A DNA stretch of 24,000 nt, taken from assembly GCA_049433545.1 (NCBI GenBank), contig JBMTEY010000006.1, positions 20,221 through 44,220 on the forward strand, given 5' to 3'. The stretch comes from Burkholderiales bacterium (GTDB lineage: Bacteria > Pseudomonadota > Gammaproteobacteria > Burkholderiales > SG8-41). The notes under the pieces were generated by a model. The model was given only the letters and a program-made list of their open reading frames with translations. It did no database searches and had not been told where the DNA came from. The translations under genes were made by a program, and so were the position numbers. Below, one piece after another: positions 1-7,160 of this stretch; positions within the stretch are counted from its first letter, which is position 1, and every line of letters begins with the position of its first letter.

Positions 1-1295
1 CGCGCGTGAAAACCTCACTCGCCCCCGGCTCCAAGGTCGTCACCGCATACCTGAAGCAGTCCGGCCTGCTGCCCTACCTTGAGCAACTGGGCTTCCATGT
101 CGTCGCCTACGGCTGCACCACCTGCATGGGCCTCGCCGGCCCGCTGGACAAGGACCTCGAGGAAGCGATCGTCAAGAACGACATCATTTCCGCCGCCGTG
201 CTCTCCGGCAACCGCAATTTCGAAGCACGCGTGCACCAGTCTCTCAAGGCCAACTTCCTGATGAGCCCGCCGCTCGTGGTCGCCTTCGCGCTCGCCGGCA
301 CGGTGCTGAAAAACGTCGACACCGATCCGATCGCCAACGATAAGGACGGCAAGCCGGTGTTCCTGAAGGACCTGTGGCCGTCGCCCGCAGAAGTCGATGC
401 CGTGATGAAGTTCGCCACCGACAGTGAAAACTTCAAACGCGAGTACGGCGACCTGTCCGGCGCGAAAGACCTGTGGGACGCCATCCCCGAAGCCAAGGGT
501 GCGCTGTTCCAGTGGGATACCAAGTCCACCTACATGCTCGAACCGCCGCTGTTCGAAGGCTTCAAAAAAGAACTGCCGAAAATCAGCGACGTCAAGGGCG
601 GCCGTGCGCTGGGCATCTTCGGCAACAAGCTCACCACCGACCACATCAGCCCGGTGGCGCCGATCCGCAAGGGCACGCTGGCAGGCGACTGGCTGGTCGC
701 CGCAGGCAGTACTGACCTCTCGAGCTTCGGCTCGCGCCGCACCAACCACGAAGTAATGGTACGCGGCGCCTTCGCCAATCCGCGCATCAAGAACCTGATG
801 GTGCCGGGCAGCGAAGGCGGCGTCACCTTCCACCAGCCTTCCGGCGACAAGATGACGATCTACGAAGCCGCGATGCGCTACCAGAAGGAAAACATGCCGC
901 TGTTCGTGTTCGGCGGCGAAGCCTACGGCACTGGTTCATCGCGCGACTGGGCGGCCAAGGGCACGCAGATGCTGGGCATCAAGGTCGTGGTCGCCCGCGG
1001 CTTCGAACGCATCCACCGTTCCAACCTGATCGGCATGGGCGTGCTGCCCTGCCAGTTCAAGGGTGACGACAGCGTGCAGTCGCTGAAAATCGACGGCAGC
1101 GAGAGCTTCGACCTGCTGGGCGTGGCCGGCGGCAACGTCAAGCCGATGCAGGACGTGACGCTGGTGATCCATCGCAAAGACGGCAGCACCCAGAATGTCA
1201 CCGTCACCCTGCGCGTGGATTCGCCGATCGAAGTCGAATACCTGAAGCACGGTGGCATCCTGCCGTATGTTCTGCGCGAATTGATGGCTGCTTGA
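1..1295 (+). CDS. acnA: Aconitate hydratase (AcnA/IRP type), C-terminal ~430 codons; the 5' end lies upstream of the window
   Basis: The reading frame is open from the window edge, so the GTG at 6 used by the track is not a real start. The translation carries YGCTTCMG (Fe-S cysteines), SGNRNFEARVH, TTDHISP and GSSRDWAAKG. It aligns end to end with roughly residues 470-898 of the full-length paralog immediately downstream. Confidence 0.9.
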   Translation, partial: RVKTSLAPGSKVVTAYLKQSGLLPYLEQLGFHVVAYGCTTCMGLAGPLDKDLEEAIVKNDIISAAVLSGNRNFEARVHQSLKANFLMSPPLVVAFALAGTVLKNVDTDPIANDKDGKPVFLKDLWPSPAEVDAVMKFATDSENFKREYGDLSGAKDLWDAIPEAKGALFQWDTKSTYMLEPPLFEGFKKELPKISDVKGGRALGIFGNKLTTDHISPVAPIRKGTLAGDWLVAAGSTDLSSFGSRRTNHEVMVRGAFANPRIKNLMVPGSEGGVTFHQPSGDKMTIYEAAMRYQKENMPLFVFGGEAYGTGSSRDWAAKGTQMLGIKVVVARGFERIHRSNLIGMGVLPCQFKGDDSVQSLKIDGSESFDLLGVAGGNVKPMQDVTLVIHRKDGSTQNVTVTLRVDSPIEVEYLKHGGILPYVLRELMAA

Positions 1296-1317
1296 TCAAG
1301 GCCAAGGAAAAACTAAA

Positions 1318-4014
1318 ATGGCACAAGACACTTTCAAGACCCTGAAGGAATTCACCCCTTCGCCCGGCAAAACCGGCAAGTACCACAGTCTCGCCGCACT
1401 CGAGGCTGCCGGCCTGGGCAAGATTTCGCGCCTGCCGCGCTCGATTCGCGTGGTGCTCGAGGCTCTGGTGCGCCACTGCGACGGCAAACGTGTCACCGAG
1501 GAACACGTCAAGGCGCTCGCCGCCTGGCAGGCCAACGGCAAGCGCACTTCCGAAATCCCGTTCATCGTGGTGCGCATCGTGCTGCAGGACCTGATCGGCT
1601 TCGGCACGCTGAACGACCTCTCCGCAATGCGCGCCGCCGCCGAACGTTTGGGCATGCCGCCGGGCAACATTGAACCGCTGGTGCCGGTCGACGTGGTGGT
1701 CGACCACTCGGTGGAAATCGATGTCTACAACCGGCCCGACGCGGTGCAGGTCAACCAGGAAATCGAATTCAAGCGCAACGCCGAGCGTTACAGCTTCGTC
1801 AAATGGGCACAGGGCGCGTTCAAGACCGTGCGCGTGGTGCCGCCCGGCAACGGCATCATCCACCAGATCAACATGGAACACCTGTCGCGCGGCGTCTGGG
1901 AAAAAGACGGCGTCTGGTTCCCCGACACCGTGTTCGGCACCGACTCGCACACCACCATGGTCAACGGCATCGGCGTCGTCGCCTGGGGCGTGGGCGGCAT
2001 CGAAGCCGAGGCCGGCATGCTCGGCCAGCCCAATGCCTTCCTGACGCCCGACGTCGTCGGCTGCCACATGACCGGCAAGCTGCGCGAAGGCGTCACCGCC
2101 ACCGACCTGGCGCTCACCGTCACCGAACTGATGCGCAAGACCAAGGTCGTCGGCAAATTCGTCGAATACTTCGGCCCCGGCGCCGCGGCGCTCACCGCCG
2201 CAGACCGCTGCACGGTGGCCAACATGGCGCCGGAGTACGGCGCGACCATGGGCTACTTCCCGGTCGATGAAAAAACCGTCGATTATTTCCGCACCACCGG
2301 CCGCGAACCTGAACTGGTGTCTGCGATCGAAGCCTATTACAAGGCGCAGGGCGTGTTCGGCATGCCGAAAAAAGGCGAGATCGACTACTCCCAGGTCATC
2401 GAGCTTGACCTCGACAGCATCGTTCCCAGCCTGTCGGGCCCGAAACGTCCGCAGGACCGCGTCAGCCTGCCAGAACTCGGCCGCAATTTCGACATGCTGT
2501 TCTCGGCGCCCGCCGACAAGAACGGCTACGCCCGCCCCGCCGCCGACCTCAACCGCCGCGAACCGACAGGCCACGACTTCGACGTCGGCCACGGCGACGT
2601 GCTGATTGCGTCGATCACCTCCTGCACCAACACCTCCAACCCGGCGCTGCTGCTCGCCGCCGGCCTGCTCGCCAAGCGCGCGGTGGACAAGGGACTGATG
2701 CCGCACCCGCGCATTAAGACCTCGCTGGCGCCCGGCTCCAAGGTGGTCACCGCCTACCTGCGCGACGCCGGCCTGCTGCCATCGCTGGAAAAACTCGGCT
2801 TCGGCGTGGTCGCCTACGGCTGCACCACCTGCATGGGCGCCGCCGGTCCGCTGGACGCCAAGATCGAAGAAGCCGTGGTATCGAAGGACCTCGTCACCTG
2901 CGCCGTGCTCTCCGGCAACCGCAACTTCGAGGCCCGTGTGCACGCCAACCTGCGCGCCAACTACCTCGCCAGTCCGGCGCTGGTGGTGGCCTACGCGCTG
3001 GCCGGCACCGTGCGCACCGATCTCACCAAGGATCCGCTGGGCAAGGACAAGGACGGCAAGCCGGTCTACCTGAAGGACTTGTGGCCCACCGACGCTGAAG
3101 TCGCAGCACTGCTCAAGTTCGCTTCCAACGCCGAACATTTCCGCCGCGAATACGGCGATCTTTCAGGCAACAAGAAGCTCTGGGAAGCCATCCCCACCGT
3201 CAAGGGCGCGGTTTACCAGTGGGACGCGAAGTCCACCTTCATCAAGGAGCCGCCATTCTTCGAAGGCGTCACCCGCACCCCGGGCAAGATCGACGACATC
3301 AAAAGCGCACGCGCGCTGGCCATCCTCGGCGACTCGATCACCACCGACCACATCAGCCCCTCGACCAAGATCAAGCCGGGAACGCCGGCCGGCAAGTGGC
3401 TGGAGCCGTTCAAGGACCATCCGCCTTCGGAATGGGGACACTTCGGCGTGCGCCGCTGCAACCATGAACTGATGGTGCGCGGCACCTTCGCCAACGTGCG
3501 CCTGCGCAACGCGGTCGCACCCGGCACCGAAGGCCCGATGACCAAGCATCAGCCCGACGGCGAGCTGATGACCATATTTGACGCTTCGGAAAAATACCGC
3601 GCGGAAAAAACCCCGCTGGTGATTTTCGGCGGCGACGACTACGGCATGGGCTCTTCGCGCGACTGGGCGGCCAAAGGCGTGCAGCTGCTGGGCGTGAAAG
3701 CCGTGATCGTCAAGAGCTTCGAGCGCATCCACCGCGCCAACCTGATCGGCATGGGCGTGCTGCCGCTGCAGTTCAAGCCCGGCACCGACGTCAAGTCACT
3801 GGGCATAAACGGCACCGAGACCTTCAGCATCGAAGGCATCAACGGCGGCAACGTCAAGCCGCTGCAGGATGTGAACATGGTGATCACTCGCGCCGACGGC
3901 AGCACCCAGAAAGTGCCGCTGACGCTGCGCATAGACACAGTCATCGAGGTCGATTACCTGAAGCACGGCGGAATACTTCCATACGTATTGCGGGAGCTGC
4001 TCGCCGCTGCCTGA
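1318..4014 (+). CDS. acnA: Aconitate hydratase (AcnA/IRP type), full length, 898 aa
   Basis: ATG at 1318 lies 9 nt after an AAGGAAA Shine-Dalgarno (1304-1310). The complete aconitase catalytic motif set is present: VVDHSV, GTDSHTTM, SCTNTSNP, YGCTTCMG, SGNRNFEARVH, ITTDHISP, GSSRDWAAKG. Length is typical of AcnA. Confidence 0.95.
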   Translation: MAQDTFKTLKEFTPSPGKTGKYHSLAALEAAGLGKISRLPRSIRVVLEALVRHCDGKRVTEEHVKALAAWQANGKRTSEIPFIVVRIVLQDLIGFGTLNDLSAMRAAAERLGMPPGNIEPLVPVDVVVDHSVEIDVYNRPDAVQVNQEIEFKRNAERYSFVKWAQGAFKTVRVVPPGNGIIHQINMEHLSRGVWEKDGVWFPDTVFGTDSHTTMVNGIGVVAWGVGGIEAEAGMLGQPNAFLTPDVVGCHMTGKLREGVTATDLALTVTELMRKTKVVGKFVEYFGPGAAALTAADRCTVANMAPEYGATMGYFPVDEKTVDYFRTTGREPELVSAIEAYYKAQGVFGMPKKGEIDYSQVIELDLDSIVPSLSGPKRPQDRVSLPELGRNFDMLFSAPADKNGYARPAADLNRREPTGHDFDVGHGDVLIASITSCTNTSNPALLLAAGLLAKRAVDKGLMPHPRIKTSLAPGSKVVTAYLRDAGLLPSLEKLGFGVVAYGCTTCMGAAGPLDAKIEEAVVSKDLVTCAVLSGNRNFEARVHANLRANYLASPALVVAYALAGTVRTDLTKDPLGKDKDGKPVYLKDLWPTDAEVAALLKFASNAEHFRREYGDLSGNKKLWEAIPTVKGAVYQWDAKSTFIKEPPFFEGVTRTPGKIDDIKSARALAILGDSITTDHISPSTKIKPGTPAGKWLEPFKDHPPSEWGHFGVRRCNHELMVRGTFANVRLRNAVAPGTEGPMTKHQPDGELMTIFDASEKYRAEKTPLVIFGGDDYGMGSSRDWAAKGVQLLGVKAVIVKSFERIHRANLIGMGVLPLQFKPGTDVKSLGINGTETFSIEGINGGNVKPLQDVNMVITRADGSTQKVPLTLRIDTVIEVDYLKHGGILPYVLRELLAAA

Positions 4015-4039
4015 AATATCAGCGCAACAAAGCAAAGAA

Positions 4040-4064
4040 CCCGGGGGAACCCGGGGTTTTTTTT
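4040..4064. terminator. Rho-independent terminator between convergent acnA and the malic enzyme gene
   Basis: CCCGGG (4040-4045), loop GGAA, CCCGGG (4050-4055), followed by T8 (4057-4064). An A-rich tract lies upstream (aaagaa), so it can also act on the minus strand, though more weakly. Confidence 0.8.
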
Positions 4065-4089
4065 AAAAACATATACTTGAAAGGATAAA

Positions 4090-5739
4090 CTATTGCCGCG
4101 GTTCGTACATCTGCGCCTCTATGCTTTTCAGCGCTTCCGCAGCCAGCGCACGGCCGGCGATGCCGCTTGCAGCGGCGGTGCCGGCAATGGTCGCGGCAAT
4201 GTGCGCCGACACCTCGCGGATGCGCGGCAACGCCGGATAAAGGCTGCCCTGCGCAAGATCGGCCTCGGTGACCAGCTGCGCCAACGTATGCGCCGCCTGC
4301 ATGAACATGCCGTCGGTGATCACCTTTGACTTGCTGGCGATGACGCCGAGTCCGATGCCGGGAAAGATGTAGGAATTGTTGCCCTGTCGCGGCACGAAGG
4401 TCTGGCCGTTGAGCGTCACCGGGTCGAAGGGGCTGCCGCAGGCATACAGCGCCCGCCCGCTGCTCCACTTGTAGGCCTCCTCCGCCGTGCATTCCGCCTT
4501 GGAGGTCGGGTTCGACAGCGCAAAGATGATCGGGCGTTCGTTGAGCTTCGCCATCTCCTCGATCACCTCGCGGGTAAAGGTGCCGCCGACTGCGGCGACG
4601 CCGATGATCGCAGTAGGTTTCAGCGTGCGGATCGCCGCCAGGAAATCCGTCACCGGCGGATGGTCGTGGGCGTAGCCCAGCTTGTGGTGCGCGAGGTCGG
4701 TGCGGCTTTTCACCACCAGCCCCTTGGAATCGACCAGCCAGCAGGTCTTTTTCGCGTCCGCGGCACTCATGCCCTGCGCCTGCATCGCCGAGGCGATCAG
4801 GTCGGCGATGCCGGTGGCAGCCTCTCCGGCGCCGAAAAACAGCACCCGCTGGTCGGTGAGTTTGGCGCCGGTCACGCGCAGCGCCGAGAAGATCCCCGCC
4901 AGCGCCACCGCCGCGGTACCCTGGATGTCGTCGTTGAAACTCGGCACCCGGGTGCGGTACTGCTCCAGCAGGCGAAAGGCATTGTGGTTGGCAAAATCCT
5001 CGAACTGGATCACCACGCCGGGGAACACTTCCTGGGCCGCAGTGATGAACTCCTCGATGAACTCGTCGTAGGCCTTGCCGGTGACGCGTTTCTGGCGCAG
5101 CCCGACGTAGAAGGGATCATTGCGCAGTTCGTCGTTGTTGCAGCCCACGTCCAGCGTCACCGGCAGGCACAGCCGCGGGTGTATGCCGGCGCAGGCGGTA
5201 TACAGCGACAGCTTGCCCACGGGGATGCCCATGCCGTTGGCGCCGAGGTCGCCGAGACCGAGGATGCGCTCGCCGTCGGTGACGACGATGATGCCGGCCT
5301 CGTAAGGCCAGTTGCGCAGCACGTTTGCGATGTTGCCGCGGTCGTTGATGCCGATGAACATGCCGCGCGGGCGTTGGAAGATCGCGCCGAACTTCTGGCA
5401 GGCAAGCCCGACAATCGGCGTGTAGACGATGGGCTGCATCTCATCGATGTGGTCACAAAGGATGCTGAAGAACAGATCCTCGTTGCGGTCGTGCAGAGCG
5501 TTGAGCGCAACGAATTTGTCCAGTGGATCGGTGAGCTTGCGGAAGCTCAGCAGGAAACGTTCGGCCTGCTCTTGCTGACTGTGCACATGGGGCGGCAGCA
5601 GCCCGCGCAGGCCCAGCTCGTCACGTTGCTTTTCAGTGAAGGCGGTGCCGCGGTTCAGGATCGGATCGCGCAGTACGTCGAGGCCGCGCGGATTCTGCGG
5701 GGTACGGCTGCACACGCCCGCCTTGTCGGACTGGCTCAT
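4090..5739 (-). CDS. maeA: NAD(P)-dependent malic enzyme, large SfcA/MaeA type, 549 aa
   Basis: The track ORF runs 4090..5847. I place the start at ATG 5739, which is preceded by GAGGAG (GAGGAGAACACC-ATG). Motifs present: VVTDGERILGLGDLGANGMGIPVGKLSLYTA, FNDDIQGTAAV, FFGAGEAATGIA, LSNPTS. It is collinear with my recollection of E. coli MaeA. Cofactor specificity cannot be read from the sequence. Confidence 0.9.
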   Translation of the reverse strand: MSQSDKAGVCSRTPQNPRGLDVLRDPILNRGTAFTEKQRDELGLRGLLPPHVHSQQEQAERFLLSFRKLTDPLDKFVALNALHDRNEDLFFSILCDHIDEMQPIVYTPIVGLACQKFGAIFQRPRGMFIGINDRGNIANVLRNWPYEAGIIVVTDGERILGLGDLGANGMGIPVGKLSLYTACAGIHPRLCLPVTLDVGCNNDELRNDPFYVGLRQKRVTGKAYDEFIEEFITAAQEVFPGVVIQFEDFANHNAFRLLEQYRTRVPSFNDDIQGTAAVALAGIFSALRVTGAKLTDQRVLFFGAGEAATGIADLIASAMQAQGMSAADAKKTCWLVDSKGLVVKSRTDLAHHKLGYAHDHPPVTDFLAAIRTLKPTAIIGVAAVGGTFTREVIEEMAKLNERPIIFALSNPTSKAECTAEEAYKWSSGRALYACGSPFDPVTLNGQTFVPRQGNNSYIFPGIGLGVIASKSKVITDGMFMQAAHTLAQLVTEADLAQGSLYPALPRIREVSAHIAATIAGTAAASGIAGRALAAEALKSIEAQMYEPRQ

Positions 5740-5791
5740 GGTGTTCTCCTCAATACCGCGAGGCGCCGCCATTGCGGCGGCGCACGCAGCC

Positions 5792-6664
5792 TCAGCGCAT
5801 GTAATCGCCAAGGTATTTCTTGTAATCGGCGCCGGACACCAGCGCATCCATTTCCTTGGCCGACAGGATTTTGTCGTTCAGTTCCGAAGCGGCGCCGCCG
5901 CCATAAAGGTGCGCATAAACATCGCGCAGCGCCTTACAGGCCGCCGCCACCGGCTGGTGACCCTGCAGCAGCACCCGCGCTCCTGCTTTCGCGAAATCCG
6001 CGCGCTTGGCCGTGGTCTTGCCCGGGCCGACGATCACCGGCAGTTTAGACGCCTGGTGCACTGCCAGCACCTGCTCCGCTGTCTCGACGCCGATGATGAA
6101 AATACAGTCGACGCCGCAGGCGGCATAGGCCTTGACCCTTTCCACGGTCTTTTCCGTGCCTTCGACCTTGAGCGCCGCGGTACGCCCGGCGATCACCGTC
6201 GCCGGGTCGCGGCGCGCGGCGACCGCAGCCTTCAGTTTGCCGACCATCTCGGGAATCGAAATCAGCTCATCCTGCCCTTCCGGCTGGCCGAAACGGATCG
6301 GCAGCGAAGTGTCCTCGATGCTCATCGCCGACACCCCGGCATGTTCCAGTTCCTGCACGGTGCGCATCACGTTCAGCGCGTTGCCATAGCCGTGGTCGGC
6401 ATCGACCAGCAGGCTGATGTCGCTGGCGCGCATCATGCGTCGCACCTGGTCGGCAAAATCGGTGAGCGTCAGCACGATCAGGTCGGGCGCGGCCAGCGTG
6501 GTATTCGAAGACACGGATCCGGCAAGGATGCCCAGCTTGTAGCCGACGCTCTCGGCCAGGCGCGCCGACAGCGGGTCATACACGCTGGCTGGGGAAAGGC
6601 ACTCGGAGCCGTTGAGGATGGCGCGGAAGCGCTTGCGTTGTTCGGTGTGGCGCAGGTGACTCAA
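5792..6664 (-). CDS. Oxaloacetate decarboxylase of the PEP mutase/isocitrate lyase superfamily (PA4872-like), 290 aa
   Basis: TTG start at 6664 lies 7 nt after AGGAGA. Contains DADHGYGNALNVMRTVQELEHAG and an N-terminal FRAILNGSECLSPASVYDPLSARLA that closely parallels my memory of the P. aeruginosa PA4872 family. It lies 52 nt upstream of the malic enzyme on the same strand. Confidence 0.75.
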   Translation of the reverse strand: MSHLRHTEQRKRFRAILNGSECLSPASVYDPLSARLAESVGYKLGILAGSVSSNTTLAAPDLIVLTLTDFADQVRRMMRASDISLLVDADHGYGNALNVMRTVQELEHAGVSAMSIEDTSLPIRFGQPEGQDELISIPEMVGKLKAAVAARRDPATVIAGRTAALKVEGTEKTVERVKAYAACGVDCIFIIGVETAEQVLAVHQASKLPVIVGPGKTTAKRADFAKAGARVLLQGHQPVAAACKALRDVYAHLYGGGAASELNDKILSAKEMDALVSGADYKKYLGDYMR

Positions 6665-6855
6665 GGGTATTTCTCCTGATGAAATGGGCCGATCAGCAAA
6701 TACGAGGCTGCAACGTTAGCAGCAAGCAGGCGCTGCGTAAAATGCGCATCTGCTTATGGTTTGACAATCACCCGGATGCAAGCCGAAAGCATTTGAGCAG
6801 ATGATGAGATTGAAAAGTGTTACCGATTCCGCGAAAAGCTCAATCGAGTGCCAAT

Positions 6856-6882
6856 AAAAAAGAGCGCCCCGACGCTCTTTTT
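6856..6882. terminator. Rho-independent terminator (A-tract / hairpin / T-tract), most likely ending the small minus-strand ORF
   Basis: AGAGCG (6861-6866), loop CCCCGA, CGCTCT (6873-6878). On the minus strand the hairpin is followed by TTTTTT; on the plus strand by TTTT. Confidence 0.65.
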
Positions 6883-6905
6883 GACCCGCGTGTCGCTGTC
6901 ACAGT

Positions 6906-7073
6906 TTATTGCTGCGGCGTCTCGCCCGGCTGATCCGCCACAGGCTGCTGCTGCGGCGCGCCCTCGCCTTCCGCCGCCGGATTTTCCGCCTGCTTGCGCA
7001 GCCGCTTCTCCTCCTTCTTCTGTTTCTTGGCCAGTTCCCGCTGTCGTTTGGCGAATCCGTAGTTTGGCTTCAT
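6906..7073 (-). CDS. Small hypothetical protein, 55 aa, Lys/Glu/Gln-rich (MKPNYGFAKRQRELAKKQKKEEKRLRKQAENPAAEGEGAPQQQPVADQPGETPQQ)
   Basis: Absent from the ORF track because it is under 60 aa. ATG at 7073 lies 7 nt after AAGGAGA (AAGGAGAGACGCTC-ATG), with TAA at 6906-6908. Third codon positions are mostly G/C, as in neighbouring genes. It is bracketed by the pckG terminator upstream and its own terminator downstream. Confidence 0.6.
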   Translation of the reverse strand: MKPNYGFAKRQRELAKKQKKEEKRLRKQAENPAAEGEGAPQQQPVADQPGETPQQ

Positions 7074-7091
7074 GAGCGTCTCTCCTTGTCT

Positions 7092-7132
7092 AAAAATAAT
7101 AACGGCGACAGCGCATCAGCGCTGTTGCCGTT
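7092..7132 (-). terminator. Rho-independent terminator of pckG
   Basis: 14-bp stem AACGGCGACAGCGC / GCGCTGTTGCCGTT (7101-7132, one mismatch, 4-nt loop). On the minus strand it is followed by ATTATTTTTA (complement of 7091-7100). It begins 29 nt after the pckG stop. Confidence 0.8.
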
Positions 7133-7160
7133 GTCGCTTCAATCTGATGGTCGAGGCGGC

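Noticed and set aside
1204-3138. 644-aa ORF antisense to acnA (and the similar 15..833 and 3163..3732 minus-strand ORFs)
   Set aside because: The translation is Gly/Ala/Arg/His/Val-rich low complexity with no recognisable motif. The opposite strand encodes a fully motif-complete aconitase. Long stop-free antisense frames are expected in GC-rich coding DNA.
1-4014. Tandem aconitase genes as an assembly or collapse artefact or a recent duplication
   Set aside because: The two copies differ at many synonymous and non-synonymous positions and contain an indel. They are old paralogs, not a repeat-induced misassembly.
5740-5847. N-terminal extensions offered by the ORF track for malic enzyme, GST (to 11159), MFS (from 11077), DUF4936 (from 14844), NRDE (from 15073), aldolase (from 16377) and guaA (to 22622)
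   Set aside because: The extensions overlap upstream genes or divergent promoters and lack an SD. They also precede the point where similarity to the known family N-termini begins. Internal starts with an SD or a tight junction were preferred.
4660-6048. 462-aa plus-strand ORF spanning the malic enzyme / oxaloacetate decarboxylase junction
   Set aside because: It is antisense to two well-supported genes, has no SD, and is a low-complexity Arg/Ala/Gly sequence. It is a GC artefact.
6665-6860. Promoter or operator calls upstream of the oxaloacetate decarboxylase operon (for example TTGTCA-N17-CATTTT on the minus strand, TGCGTAAAATGCGCA)
   Set aside because: The matches to consensus are weak (-10 only 3 of 6) and the symmetry is partial. 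I cannot support a specific call without transcription start data.
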